DNA from: Octopus vulgaris
Lineage: Eukaryota
Assembly (NCBI GenBank): GCA_951406725.2
Contig: OX597823.1
Coordinates: 86,924,001-86,988,000, forward strand
Length of the DNA: 64,000 bases
Reading direction: 5' to 3'
Shown piece after piece: positions 14,856-29,922 of this stretch. Position 1 is the stretch's first letter; every line of letters begins with the position of its first letter. Below the pieces are notes generated by a model that did no database searches, was not told the origin of the DNA, and worked only from the letters and a program-made list of their open reading frames with translations. The position numbers and the translations under genes are program-made.

Positions 14856-16606
14856 GGAATTTACAAAAAAACAACAAAAGACGAAGACAGGTGTATAAAC
14901 AACAAACAGGTATATTTCTTTAACTCTCAGGAAGGTAAGAATGTGTTTTACATTTCGTGCCTACGCTCTTCAAAGAAGAGGAACACGAGAAAATAAACAG
15001 AGAGAATAAAAAATGCTTTAGTGGCTAGCGGTCGATCATGGCGGTATATATCATGGTGTTTAATTTTAGAACTGTGTCAATTGCCACAGCGATTTTTTTC
15101 AGCTGTCAGACTCCCAAAAGTCTTTGTGAGCTTCGACAACCCTCTCATTGCTTATGAATACGTATTTTTATAAGGTGTGAAGGCGCTTGGCCTAGTGGTT
15201 AGCTTGTTACACTCTCGATTGCTAGATCGTGTGTTCGATTCCCCGACTGGGTGGCGTGTTGTGTTCTTTTGCAGAACACTTCATTTCCCGTTGATCCAGT
15301 GCACTCAGCGATGGAATTTATTTCTGATCAGGAGGACATCATTCAAAGGCCGAAACAATGTGAAGTGCATTGTGACCAGCGATGTATAACGACATCCGAT
15401 AGTCTGGTCAATACCGTGATATTTATATCGCAGCTTGTTCATGAAGAATTGTAAAGCAATATTTTTCCTGAGGACTTCCATTCTGCTAAAATAATCTAAC
15501 CATTTTTTTTTTTTTGATAAATCCAATTGATGGCTAAGTAATGAAGACCTCATAGAAATTGAGTGCGTGAAAAACAAATAGTTTAAACATAGGAGTCTAT
15601 ATGTTTTTTAACGTTCTAAAGAACTAATGACTGAGAAGCTATCACCAACATAATAATTTATAGGGCTACTTTGAGAGGGATGACTTACTAAATAATGAAG
15701 TCGATAAATCCGAGCAAAAATAATAAACATCTGGGGAAAATATTTGAAACGTAAGTCTAGAAGTAACAAAATAAAACGCTTTAACATGAGCAAGAAGCTT
15801 AACGAAAACAAACTATACGAATAGACACAGAGAGAACTCAACAAAAATAATAATAACAATAATAATAATAACGATATTAGGGAAGGTGATATGTCTTAAA
15901 TAGTTTTTAAAATATATAAAATGTTAGAAAATAGGTGACAGTAAAAAAAGGGAGAGCAAATAGAGTAAAGAAAACAGATTTTATTGGTGAAACATACATT
16001 GACCAATTTCAACTAATGATAGGGATAATAGAACATTGAACGTAAAAGAAAAAAAGTTCTTGGAAATATTGTGCTTGTGCCCTGAAAGAATAAACAAATA
16101 TAGTTTGATGGATCGGTAGGAGATGTGATAGCCGACCGTTTAAGACATAAAAATCAGTCCTTGCGAAAACAAAATTTTAAGCTAGATTTACATTTTCTCA
16201 GTATGTGTTTCAGTGTACTGATGATATAATTAGACTTGAAATGTGCCGAGCCGTTTATCAGGGCTTTGCTTCGTTATTCAGAATATGAACACATGTCAAA
16301 TTAGCCGATTGCCGACTTCATTGTAGGCATGAGTGTGTGTGTGTGTGTGTTTGTTCGTGTGTGTGAGTGTGTGTTTGTTCGCGCGTGTGTGTGTAGTGTG
16401 TATGTGTCTTTGTATCCCAGCATATCTTATGGTGTTGGTTTGTGTACATCCTCGTAACTTAACTGTTCGGCAAATAAAGGTAGGATATGGACCAGGCTTT
16501 ATAGAAACAAGTACTGAAGGCGATTTTCCCGACTATATCCTACAAGGCAGTGCCCCAGCATGGCCGCAATCCAATGACTGCAACAAATATAAAAGTTATT
16601 CGTTGG

Positions 16607-17270
16607 TAACACAATGGACCAAATACTGTCGTAATACCTTAAATTCCAGAACCCAAGGTAACTAATGTTCAACTCAGTTGCACAATTAATACAGATCGAA
16701 TTTTACTGTATCGATTTGCTATAAGGACGGAACAGTCACAGGTGTCAAACTTTTGTTCATGGTCTGACACTGAAGTAGAAAATTATTCTTTCGCCCCACC
16801 CAAGTGTGTTTTCTCTGTGACAATTGTAACTTATCGAGTATAATGTATTAGTTCTGTGTGAAATATTATCCAAAGGATTACAAACAATATCCAGCCTACG
16901 ATATGATTTATTTATAGTTTAAGAAAATGTGATAATTTTCAGAGATCTGTCAATCCACCAAAAGAGTTTGAAAGCCTTTATTGTAAACTAGGATTAGAAA
17001 TGACTCTGAACTGATTAAACTTTAGCGTGGCCAAAGTGCAATTGGTTGGAGACGAGGGTTACAATTGTCACAGAGAAAACACACTTGGGCGGAGCGATAG
17101 AATAATTTTCTACTTCAGAGTCAGACCATTAAAAAGTGTGTGAAACCTTTGATCGTTCCGTCCTTATAGCAAATCAATATACACTATTAATTGTTGCACA
17201 CTGAGTTCAACATCTGTTACTTCGGATTCTAGAGTTTATTATATTATGAGTGTATTTAGTCCGGTGGTTC
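16607..17270. mobile_element. Foldback/MITE-like element with ~220-bp imperfect terminal inverted repeats
   Basis: 16660-16832 (e.g. caagtgtgttttctctgtgacaattgtaac) is the reverse complement of 17057-17215 (gttacaattgtcacagagaaaacacacttg). Confidence 0.75.
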
Positions 17271-17494
17271 ACCAACTAATAAATTCTTTTATTTGTTGTT
17301 GCAGTCATTGGATTGTGAGTAAAAGAATGCATTTGCTGTCACATCTGTTTCCCCGAATTACATCATTGCTATGCAGTCATATTATTGGTAATCTTTGTTT
17401 CTGCATAAGCGGAATTCGACATTTTCATCTTCACCCATTTCTACTTTGGCCTCGCTAAAATATAATTCTTTCAGAATCATTTCTTATCTGAGAC

Positions 17495-17565
17495 CAGTCT
17501 ATTCACCCTCGCTTTCTACCTCTGTTTCTTTCTCCCTTTCTTTGTCTGTCTGTCTGTCTCTCTTC

Positions 17566-17598
<33 letters not shown>

Positions 17599-17845
17599 CA
17601 CACACACACATATACACACATATATATATGTGTGAATATGTACATATGTATGCTCATGTATACATATACATATAATCAATATATATATAAATATGAAGAG
17701 AGAGAGAGAGAGATACATGCATATATAATATATGCATGTATGTATGCAGAGAGGAGACCTGCATACGTATATATTTCAATATCTATATATTTATACGGTA
17801 TGGTACATAGATATATATACATATATACGCACACATATACGTAGC
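17495..17845 (+). repeat. ~350-bp direct duplication with 20985-21340
   Basis: Shared unique blocks cagtctattcaccctc..tctccctttc and gcagagaggagacctgcatacgtatatatttcaatatc. Confidence 0.85.
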
Positions 17846-18014
17846 TTTGAAATCGCGTTACATTATACTCTCTGGTAGTGAGATTCTTTAACTTAAATAT
17901 ATACAGTTCTCAACGAACAGATTATCAGGATAAGTATCTTGCTTCGGTGTAAGAAGTTATACGCCGTAAACAATTGTAACAAAAAGACGAGTGTTAATTA
18001 CATCTTCCAGGCAC

Positions 18015-18485
<471 letters not shown>

Positions 18486-19459
18486 CACTCAAATAATTTC
18501 ACCTATACAGATGCTTGACTATTGCACAAATTAGACTACTGAACACAAAATTTTCGTACAAAGCATTTACATCTATCAACTCAACGTGTTCGACTCTGAA
18601 GCTTTGTATTCTAATGACAAAAGTTTTAACTGATTTCATAGCCGTTTAAATATCTTAGTTTCGATTCTACGAAAGATATCATGTGTTTCCAACAAATCTA
18701 TTGAAGAAAAATCAATACGATTGTCTATTAGTCATGTACGGCAATTTATATCACCTCTCTATCTGTAGTAAAACTAAACAGAAACATAACCAAGAATTAT
18801 CTGAAATTCCGGATGTAATTTTAAGATGTAATGTGCCAGATGAACAAAGGTAGATGTTAGATTATGAGAAATTCTCCTTTATTTAAGAATATCAAATTAG
18901 TTACAAAAGACATGGCATTATGACCAAGCGACATCTAATGCAGCCCCGTGCCAAACAAAGCCCTGTGAGTGGATTTGGTAGACAAAAACTGAAAGCGTTC
19001 CTTCTATTTATCTATCTATCTATCTATCTTCTGTTTTCGGCAGTACTATTTTGTGACTCACATGGTAGAAGAATTTGGAGTGAAATACGAATTCACTCGT
19101 CTATATAAATGTGGATATGCTGATTAGCATTTATATGTTCCGATGACGCTTGGTCGGAAATATAAGGGGTAAGTAATCCTAGCATTTTTAGATTTATTTA
19201 TCGAAATATTATGTCGATGAAGGAAATTAATCTTATGATTCTAATCCAGAAACGTACGTCCATAATTAATCGAAGACTGTTTGACTTCATTATTTTTCTT
19301 CTTTTTTTGCCATATGTGAGTTACAAATATTGTTGTCTGTGGAAGCATATTTTTGTAGAAAAAGGAAATAGTAGTCATTTGGCTGCTATTTCTTAAATTT
19401 TCGGTATGTGGTCAAGAAAGTTGTTGCAAAACCCTTATTGTTATAATTGTATATCTATC

Positions 19460-19518
<59 letters not shown>

Positions 19519-19548
19519 GCAATACACATTTACATACATGTGTGTGTT

Positions 19549-19581
<33 letters not shown>

Positions 19582-20027
19582 CTTTGTGTGTATCCATCAT
19601 CACCACCTGACAACCAACTTTTGTGTGTTTATTTTACTGTAACTTAGCAGTTCGGCAGGAAAGCTCGAAATAAAATAAGTACCAAACCTTAGAAAAAGGG
19701 AGTACCGGGGTTTAATTGTTAAAGTAAACCCGTCACGGCTGTGCCTCTGCGTTACCCTACTCAAACGCGTGATACAAGTAAAATGGAAAAGATAAACAGA
19801 TTAAGTCTTTTGTCAGAAACCTGAGGACACTAACGTAACGATCCAGGAGAGAGGATCGTAACGAAGCAATTCAAAGGGATAAGTATTTCAGAAGGTTTAG
19901 CATCGAATCTCATCTTACTATTCTTACATTCATGAAAGGAGATTTGTAAAGGAAAGCGGACGGATCGCAGTCTGATATATGACAAGACTATTGACAGAGG
20001 CCTACATACCTAAATGCAACTTTGTCT

Positions 20028-20229
<202 letters not shown>

Positions 20230-20316
20230 AACTTACCTATATACATATATATATATATATATGTATATAAAATGTACATATATACATATATACATATGTA
20301 CATATACATATATATG

Positions 20317-20358
<42 letters not shown>

Positions 20359-20363
20359 GTGAG

Positions 20364-20398
<35 letters not shown>

Positions 20399-21054
20399 CA
20401 GACAAGAGAAAAAGATAGATAGATGTGTATGCGAATACATACAGATATGTGTCAGCGTCTATATGCTTTATATATGTTTGTGTACAAGTATCTTATCTTC
20501 CCCTCTCTCTGCATATAGATATATACATGTGTGTGTGTTTGTATATATATATAAATATATTTATTTATTTAGAGAGAGACAGAGAGACAGAGAGAGATGT
20601 GTGTGTTGTATGTGTGTGTGTCTTTGTGCGCGTGTATATATATATACATGAATATATATATGTACATATATTTGTTTGTGTTCGTGTGTGTGTGTGTATG
20701 TGTGTATGTGTGTGATTACGTATCGTTTTATAAAGCATCTGAAATTGTGGTAACTTCATGTTATTGCTTATTGCTAAAACATATCCTTCTCACATAGTCT
20801 GTTGTAGACGAGTCCATGTAGAACAAGTCCTAGAGATGTTCCTGGGTGGTCTCCAGAATATTTAACCGAGACACACATAAAAAAAAACATGCATACATAC
20901 ATACGCACGAACATGCACATAGGAATATGTGTGTGTGTGTGTGCATGTGAGTTTGTGTATATCAGCCTCTCCTTTCATTTCTTTCAGTCTATTCACCCTC
21001 TCTTTCTACCTCTGTTTCTTTCTCCCTTTCTTTGTCTGTCTGTCTCTCTCTCTC

Positions 21055-21096
<42 letters not shown>

Positions 21097-21116
21097 ACAT
21101 ATATAAATATATATAT

Positions 21117-21150
<34 letters not shown>

Positions 21151-21341
21151 GAATATGTACATATGCATGCTTATGTATACATATACATATAATCAATATA
21201 ATAAAGAGAGAGAGATATATGCATATATAATATATGCATGTATGTATGCAGAGAGGAGACCTGCATACGTATATATTTCAATATCTATATATTTATACGG
21301 TATGGTACGTAGATATATATACATATATATACGCACACACA

Positions 21342-21397
<56 letters not shown>

Positions 21398-23434
21398 CAT
21401 ATATATATATATGTATGTATGTAGTATGTATGAATATATATATAGTTTTATTTATGTGTGTGTATGTGTGTATGTATGTATGTATGTATCCATGCATGTA
21501 TGAATGTATGTATATGCATTTACTGAGATGTATAAAGTATGTGTGTGTAAAATAAATAAGAATATAAAGCTAAGGAGAATTAAATGTATGTAACTGAAAA
21601 GACGAAAAACGACAGAAAAACCGAACGAAGCTAAACAGGAAAAAAATAAAATAAAAGCAAAATAATAGAAAAACAATACGTAAGGACAAAAACAAAAGCT
21701 GAGGGTACGTGGCATTAGAATAAATGGTTGAGAGAACAAAGAATCTACTAGAATTTCATACAGCAAATTATCACTGTCAAAAGATGACAGTTGCATCGTT
21801 TTTTATTATTCCTTTCACATATGATGTCCTCTAATCGTACCCAGCTTACAATATCATTACACCATTTTGCTCCTAAACAATATCTCTGTCTTTCTTTCTC
21901 CCTCGCTCGTTGTCTCTCCCTTCTCTGCTAAGCTATTCATTTATTGGCTCTTTTACAATGGTGATACAACATAGTTGTTATTAGATATTTTTTTTTTGTC
22001 TTTATTCCCCCATTCCTTCTATGCGTACCCCGCTCCCGAATATCTTCCCTCTCTCTACATTAATCTGTATATATGAACAACAGAGAAAACAATTAATGGT
22101 AAAGAGCGGGGAATGTTGTGTGACTATTAAGGTGTCATATAAGTGAAAAACAGCGAATGATGTATGCGTGCATGCTACTTTACTCATACACTCGTGCGAC
22201 TGTTTAAGTGTGAGTGTGTGACTATGCACATCCGAGAACGTGTGTATATGCGTGCATTTTTATTCCTTTATAAATATAATATACACACATATATATATGT
22301 ACATGTACACATATATATATATATATACATACATATATATACATATACATATATATATGTCTGTGTAAACATACACACACACATGGAGGCGTAATTACAT
22401 AGGTACAAAGGTATATATGTATGTATGTTTGTAATTTAGGGGTACGTATTGAGGCAATTAATGGTGTAGGCAACCGATAGTAATTCCATAAGAGATTAAC
22501 CAGATCGAAATAACAGCTACGAATGTCTTGACAGTCAGTTAACAAAGTGAAAAACAGCAGACAATTTCATTGAATAAATGCCTACACGCACATGCACACA
22601 GACCCGCACACACACATACACACTCACATACTCATACACACACATATACATACACACACACGCATGCACATGCGCAAGCACACAGACGTACTAACAGTGA
22701 GACAGACAGAAGTACTTTCGAGACTGAAGCAAGCAAACACAGTTAAATAGGTGCAACGGCAGATTATTTTCAAAGATCCTTTTCTATTCTAGGCACAAGG
22801 CCCGAATTTTTGGTGGCGGAGGCGAGTCGATTAGATCGACCCCAGTACGCAACTGGTACTTAATTTACCAACCCCGAAAGGATGAAAGTCAAAGTCGAAC
22901 TCGGCAGAATTTGAACTCAAAATGTAGCGGTAGACGAAATACCGATAAGTATTTTGCCCGGCTTGCTAACGTTTCTGCCAGCTCGCCGATAGCTTAACCC
23001 CATTGCGTCAATTCCTGGTGGAAACTTGGTTCCCAATTCTTCTTTTCCTAACCGCATCTGTCATTTGAAGGAAAATAAAATTCACGACCTTTCCTGGTCG
23101 GCGATACGAAGTACATACCCGTATGATAAGAATTATTTTAGTTATGCAACTTTTGTGTAAGAAAGATGTTCTCTGTGTAAATTACTAAAGGAAAAGTGAT
23201 TACAAAAAGTTGTCAACTTACTATGAGGTACCAGCAAGAAAATCTTTGAAGAAATACAAACAGAAAATTCATTAAAGAATTACTGATTATTCCAGTTACC
23301 ATTTGAAACCAATTTTGTGAAAAATTTATGCAGCATTTTGTCCGGTGTGTTAAACGATTCTGCCAGTTCTTGGAAAAGTTCTAGCATTAAAGAGATTCAA
23401 TATGGACATAATCGTATCTTCAATAACCACAATC

Positions 23435-23503
<69 letters not shown>

Positions 23504-23869
23504 CACATTTGTGTATGCGTACGTGCAAGTACTTCTGTGCATGTGTCTCTGTGTGTGTGTGTTGTGCGTGTGTGTGTCTGTGTCTGTGTGTGTATGTGTG
23601 TAACCCTTTTTCTTCAACACAGAGGTCACACGTTCTCTGCTTCAAGACAGATGTCATACCTGCTATATGCGGACCATTATACAAAATAATTCGTTATACC
23701 CTGCTCCGTTAGCCATTTCACACTCACACGTGCGCAAACACGCGCGCACACACAAACACACACACACACACACACACACACAATCACAAACATACACACG
23801 TACACACATACAAACACACAAAACTCACTACAGAATCTCACACGCAACGCATACAGTACAGGTATTTTT

Positions 23870-23899
23870 CGTTGGTGTTGTTGCTGTTGTTATTGTTGT

Positions 23900-23931
<32 letters not shown>

Positions 23932-24243
23932 AGCGAACGTTCTTCGTCCCAGAGCTCGGAAGATGGGAGAAGTCCGCAACGTGGACCCGTAGAAGAGAAA
24001 GCAGGTCAATCCCCGACACCGAGAGAATCGACGGATGGATTCGAGGACAAAAAACAGGAAGAAAGAGTGAGAGAAAGTTGGAGCGAAGGAGTACAACAGG
24101 GGTCGCCACCACCCCCTGCCAGAGCCTCGTGGTGTTATAGGTGTTTTCGCTCAATAAACATACACAAGGCCCGGTCTGGGAATCGAAACAGCGATCCTCC
24201 GACCGCGATCCGCTGCCCTAACCATTAAGCCATTGCGACTCCA
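23870..24243 (-). mobile_element. tRNA-derived SINE with (CAA/CAG)n tail
   Basis: A-box tggcttaatggtta and B-box gtttcgattccc on the minus strand, followed by a trinucleotide tail. Confidence 0.7.
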
Positions 24244-24639
24244 CTTGTTGTTGCTGCTCCTAATGATGTTCTTTTTGTTGTTTTCTATCTTAGATTAATT
24301 GAAGGCAATGTTATAAGTGTGCCCACACTTATTAAATAGTCCATAACAACCTCAGGTTGAAGGGTTAATATGCGGTTGCATCATTTCTTCCTCTTTACTT
24401 CGTGATTATAACAATAAGGATACCTAAACCCTTTGTAAGAATATTAATAAGATCATGGCTTTCCCTTTTGCGACTAATTCTTGCTGATTGCTGAAAGACT
24501 AGAAGTTAATTATAAACAATGGTGGGGGCAACACTCGCCTCGCTAAATTTAATGGCAGCCATGTTAACAATTGATGAATGTAACCAGTTCGTTAGGTATC
24601 ACGTGACAAAGTTCAGAAATATCTTTAGAGATGAGAAGC

Positions 24640-25180
<541 letters not shown>

Positions 25181-25455
25181 ACCAGTGAAGGCAGTATGTG
25201 CTTAATATCACCTAAAGGGATTATCCCTGTTTCTGTGATAAGTCTCTCCTCCAGCATATGGAACCCAATGCATATTTGAATCTGGTACATATTTTATTGG
25301 TTTGTATTCCTTCAGCTGTTTCGTAACGCTATATAAATGCGGCACCATATAAGCAGTTCCGCTTTTCACCGCTGCAAACATATGCACTATCAACAACAAG
25401 GATACACTCTCATTGAAATACTACACATGAGTGAATATATTTATATACATTCATG

Positions 25456-25504
<49 letters not shown>

Positions 25505-25507
<3 letters not shown>

Positions 25508-26297
25508 ATCGCCATACTAATATGGCATTCTTATAAAAATAAGAATAAAGCTGTCCGCTTATTAGCTCCATGAGGCCATCGCCTTAAGTTAGCTATTTGA
25601 AACTAGGTAAATAAAACCTTCGAACAGTGATTGTCAGAAGCGACACCTACTGGTCTGGCTACGCTGCATTGAAAAGGGGCAATACCCCGAAACGCGTCTG
25701 TAGCTGCCGGTCATGTAGTGTGGAGCGACTGACCTCCCTTGTTCGAAGGTTATATGGATACAGTTGTGTATCAAATAGCTAACTTAAGGCGATGGCCTCA
25801 TGGAGCTAATAAGCGGACAGCTTTATTCTTATTTTTATAAGAATGCCATATTAGTATGGCGATAACTATTATTTTCCGGGAACGCTGCCGCTGTTCTCTT
25901 TTAGAGAGACTTAGTAATTTTAATATTTCTATTATTAAAAACATGTGGATGTATTCCACCGAAACTAGGTAAATAAAACCTTCGAACAGTGAGTGTCAGA
26001 AGCGACACCTACTGGTCTGGCTACGCTGCATTGAAAAGGGGCAATACCCCGAAACGCGTCTGTAGCTGCCGGTCAAGTAGTGTGGAGCGACTGACCTCCC
26101 TTGTTCGAAGGTTATATGGATACAGTTGTGTATCAAATAGCTAACTTAAGGCGATGGCCTCATGGAGCTAATAAGCGGACAGCTTTATTCTTATTTTTAT
26201 AAGAATGCCATATTAGTATGGCGATAACTATTATTTTCCGGGAACGCTGCCGCTGTTCTCTTTTAGAGAGACTTAGTAATTTTAATATTTCTATTAT
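25505..26297 (+). repeat. 362-bp tandem duplicate preceded by a ~100-bp inverted copy, between (TA)n tracts; each unit has a minimal hammerhead-like motif
   Basis: 25599-25935 is almost identical to 25961-26297; 25505-25598 is the reverse complement of 25773-25866. Confidence 0.9.
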
Positions 26298-26300
26298 ATA

Positions 26301-26409
<109 letters not shown>

Positions 26410-26410
26410 C

Positions 26411-26511
<101 letters not shown>

Positions 26512-26705
26512 TGTATATATATATATATATATATATATGATTATTAAAGGAAATAGAGAAATACAATTGACAGTTAAAATTTATTAGCGTTTTATGCGCT
26601 GGCGAGGTTTTCTTTCAAGAAGCTTGCTTCCCAACCACATGGTTCCGGGTTCAGTCCCACTGCGTGACACCATAGCCTCTTGCCGATTTGGTTGACGGTA
26701 ACATA

Positions 26706-26756
<51 letters not shown>

Positions 26757-27015
26757 GGGGTGTCTTTATGTCTGTGTCTGTCTTCTACCACCGCTTCACA
26801 AACCTAGTTGACGTGTTTAGGTCCCTGTAATTTAGGCACAAAATGCTGATAGAATAAGTACAAGGCTTTAAAAAAAAGTCCTGGGGTCCAAACATTCGAC
26901 TAGAAATTCTTCAAAACGATGCTCCAGTATGGCTGTCTTCTAATGACTGAAGTGAAATATAACCGACAAAAACAAAAGAATCCCAGAAAAATGTAAGGCA
27001 AGTCTGTTTTAAATA

Positions 27016-27025
27016 TTTATTTATT
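27016..27025 (-). terminator. Polyadenylation signal(s) of gene A
   Basis: Overlapping AATAAA motifs at the position equivalent to gene B. Confidence 0.55.
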
Positions 27026-28257
27026 TAATAAAACGGTTCATTGTTTGGAACCAATTACTCTGAAATATTCTCATCAATGAAATCTCTGTAATTGGCGGTG
27101 TTTGTGAAGACAGAGAATCCTTCATGACAATCAAAACCATAGGAAGCAACGCCAGCCACGACGTATTTGTAATCAACGGTCGTCCTGTAGAGAAGGGCGC
27201 CGCCAGAATCTCCCTGTGAAATAAGCATTTTAAAATAATTTTTACGTCGATAGAACGTGAAATAATTTATTTGGAAACAGTTGATTTCAAAGTAGATAAG
27301 ATTATTAATAATAATGTTGATAAAATAAGTACCATTTGAACAAAGGGGTAGATGTAATCGACTCACTTCTCTCTCGAAATTGCTGGCTTTGTGTCAAAAT
27401 ATGAGATCAATATTGTATTAAACATTCATTCTACTTTCAGAAGATCAATGAAAGAAGTTAATCTATATTTTGAAAAGAAATCTGTTGAACCGCTTGGTCA
27501 TTCTACTGTTCGTGTATATACAGTCGGTTTAATAAGTTTATATTTTACATATACCTAAAATGACTATAAATAAAATAATTAAAACATGTTATCTTTTGGA
27601 AGAAAAGTTCCAAAGATTTTGTCATATCTCAAACGAAGGAATATAAACAAACTTTGCTGTTGAATATGGAATCTAGAATTAGCATAAATATCCAATTTTT
27701 AAGTCGTGGCGTTCTGTATTTTGCATTTCATTATTTTTGGTTATCTTTAAAATTTGAATATTTGAAACTTAAAATGGTAGGATGTGATTTGAAAGAACTT
27801 TGACTGCAATTTCTAGGATGTCAGTCAGCGTTGTAGAAGCTTTCGATGTAGTAGTTTGAGCTGCTAGAAATAACGGTTAAATATCCCTGAAATCTCATTC
27901 AACCTTATTTTCAAATAAGGCAGTATATATACAAGAGACAATATATTCCCACATCTCCAACAAGACATGGTTATCGTGATTATAAAACTTCTGGTCATAA
28001 ATCAACTTGACTAGCGCTGGTACGAGGCAAAATACAAGCAACAACTACTAACATTACCAACCCCACCACCACCACCACCACCACCATCACAGCGACAACA
28101 GAATTTTGATTTATATCGTTGAAAATAAATTTCAATCGAACAAATTTTCAGTGGGAATATAAACACGAAACATAGGCATGGCTGTGTGATTAAGAAGCTG
28201 ACTTTTGAGTCCCAATACGCGGTACCTTGGGCAGAAACTGTGTAGAAGTCCGCTACA

Positions 28258-28295
<38 letters not shown>

Positions 28296-28431
28296 CACAC
28301 ACACAATATATATACACATACATATATATACATACTTATATCGGGCTGACGTCAACCTGTTCCTGCGCCGCCTCAAACTTTGCGCATACTACCACGCGTC
28401 CCCGCAGCGTCACAACAATCAGGTTTGCCTT

Positions 28432-29922
28432 GTGGAGCTGGGGCGTCGTCCATCCCACTGGACGCCGCCCCCAGGCCTATTCAGTAGCCTAGATTCGTTT
28501 GTACATGACTGCAACGCGTTGGTCCACCGGTTCAACTTTGAACCACGTCCCCGACGAACCAACCTCACTCGGGCCGAATCCATTGCCCTTCGCCACCTCC
28601 ACCGCCGTGATGACATCGTCATCAAGCCGGCGGACAAAGGCGGGGCAGTGGTAGTGTGGCGTGCGGACCTATACAGGGAGGAAGCGCTCAACCAGCTTCA
28701 AAATCCCCTCTTCTATCGCCTCCTCCCCTCCGATCCCACCTCCTCCTACCAACAGCGAGTTTCCTCCACCATCCGCGACCTCATCTTCTCCTCTGCTCTC
28801 CCCCCCACCGCCACCAACCTCATCGTCCGCACACCCCGCACCTCCACCATCTACTTCCTTCCCAAGATCCATAAACCCTCTAATCCGGGCCGTCCCATAG
28901 TCTCTGCCTGTAATTGCCCCACTGAACTCATTTCCCTATACCTCGACCGCATCCTGTCCCCCCTAGTCGCAGCCCTCCCATCCCACATACACGGCACCAA
29001 CCACGCCCTCCGTCTCTTCAATTCCTTTTCCTTCCGTTCCAGCCCCTCACACCTCCTCTTCACATTAGATGTAAAATCCCTGTACACTGTGATTCCCCAC
29101 AATGACGGTCTCCTAGCCCTCCAACACTTCCTCGACCGTCGTCCCGACCCCACCCCTCGAACCCCCACCCTCCTCCGCTTGGCTGAGCTCGTCCTCACCC
29201 TCAACTGTTTCACGTTCGCCGGGGAAACGTACCAACAGGTGTCCGGGGTCGCGATGGGAACTAGGATGGGCCCCAATTTCGCCAATCTCTTTCTTGGCTA
29301 CATTGAGGCCCAAGTATTCTCCCAGTTCTCCGGGCCTACCCCCGAACTATACGGTCGCTATATAGACGACTGCATAGGTGCCACCTCCCTTTCCCGCGAA
29401 CTCCTCTGCCAATTCATCTCTTTCCTTTCCAACTTTCACCCCTCTCTTCAATTCACCTCCACCATCTCCAACACCTCTGTCAACTTCCTCGACATCTCTC
29501 TCCGAATCGACCACCCCTCCAACTCTCTCACCACCTCCGCCTTCTTTAAACCTACGGATTCCCACCTCTATCTCAACTTCTCCTCCTCCCACCCCTTCCA
29601 CACCAAACGAGCCATCCCCTACTCCCAGTTCCTCCGCCTCCGACGTTTGTGCAGCCGCGACCAGGATTTCGAGACCCAATCTCAATACCTGGCCCGCCTG
29701 TTCAGACTCCGAGGTTACTCACCCATACTCATCTCTAATGCTCTCACCCGCGCCCGACGCATCGAGCGCACAACCGCCCTGTCTCCTTCCCCCACCCACC
29801 CCCCAAACCGCACCCCCTTCCCCCTCCTTTTCCACCCCTCTACCCTACCCCTTCGTCGCATGATACTACGTGCCTTCCGTCGCCTCCAGCTTGATCCCAC
29901 CAACCCGCCCCATTTTACCTAA
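28432..29922 (+). CDS. Penelope-type reverse transcriptase (truncated, frameshifted before the endonuclease)
   Basis: Conserved PLE RT motifs in the 496-aa ORF. Confidence 0.9.
   Translation: MELGRRPSHWTPPPGLFSSLDSFVHDCNALVHRFNFEPRPRRTNLTRAESIALRHLHRRDDIVIKPADKGGAVVVWRADLYREEALNQLQNPLFYRLLPSDPTSSYQQRVSSTIRDLIFSSALPPTATNLIVRTPRTSTIYFLPKIHKPSNPGRPIVSACNCPTELISLYLDRILSPLVAALPSHIHGTNHALRLFNSFSFRSSPSHLLFTLDVKSLYTVIPHNDGLLALQHFLDRRPDPTPRTPTLLRLAELVLTLNCFTFAGETYQQVSGVAMGTRMGPNFANLFLGYIEAQVFSQFSGPTPELYGRYIDDCIGATSLSRELLCQFISFLSNFHPSLQFTSTISNTSVNFLDISLRIDHPSNSLTTSAFFKPTDSHLYLNFSSSHPFHTKRAIPYSQFLRLRRLCSRDQDFETQSQYLARLFRLRGYSPILISNALTRARRIERTTALSPSPTHPPNRTPFPLLFHPSTLPLRRMILRAFRRLQLDPTNPPHFT

Noticed and set aside
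24150-24243. Possible tRNA genes (also 41100-41193 and 15180-15250)
   Set aside because: A/B-box-like motifs continue into SINE bodies and no complete cloverleaf could be drawn
27055-27366. 103-aa ORF as a stand-alone protein
   Set aside because: Only 27055-27213 is exon; the N-terminal half is intron read-through past the AG acceptor at 27214-27215
28669-29903. Antisense and alternate-frame ORFs over the Penelope RT
   Set aside because: Shadows of the strongly C-skewed coding strand
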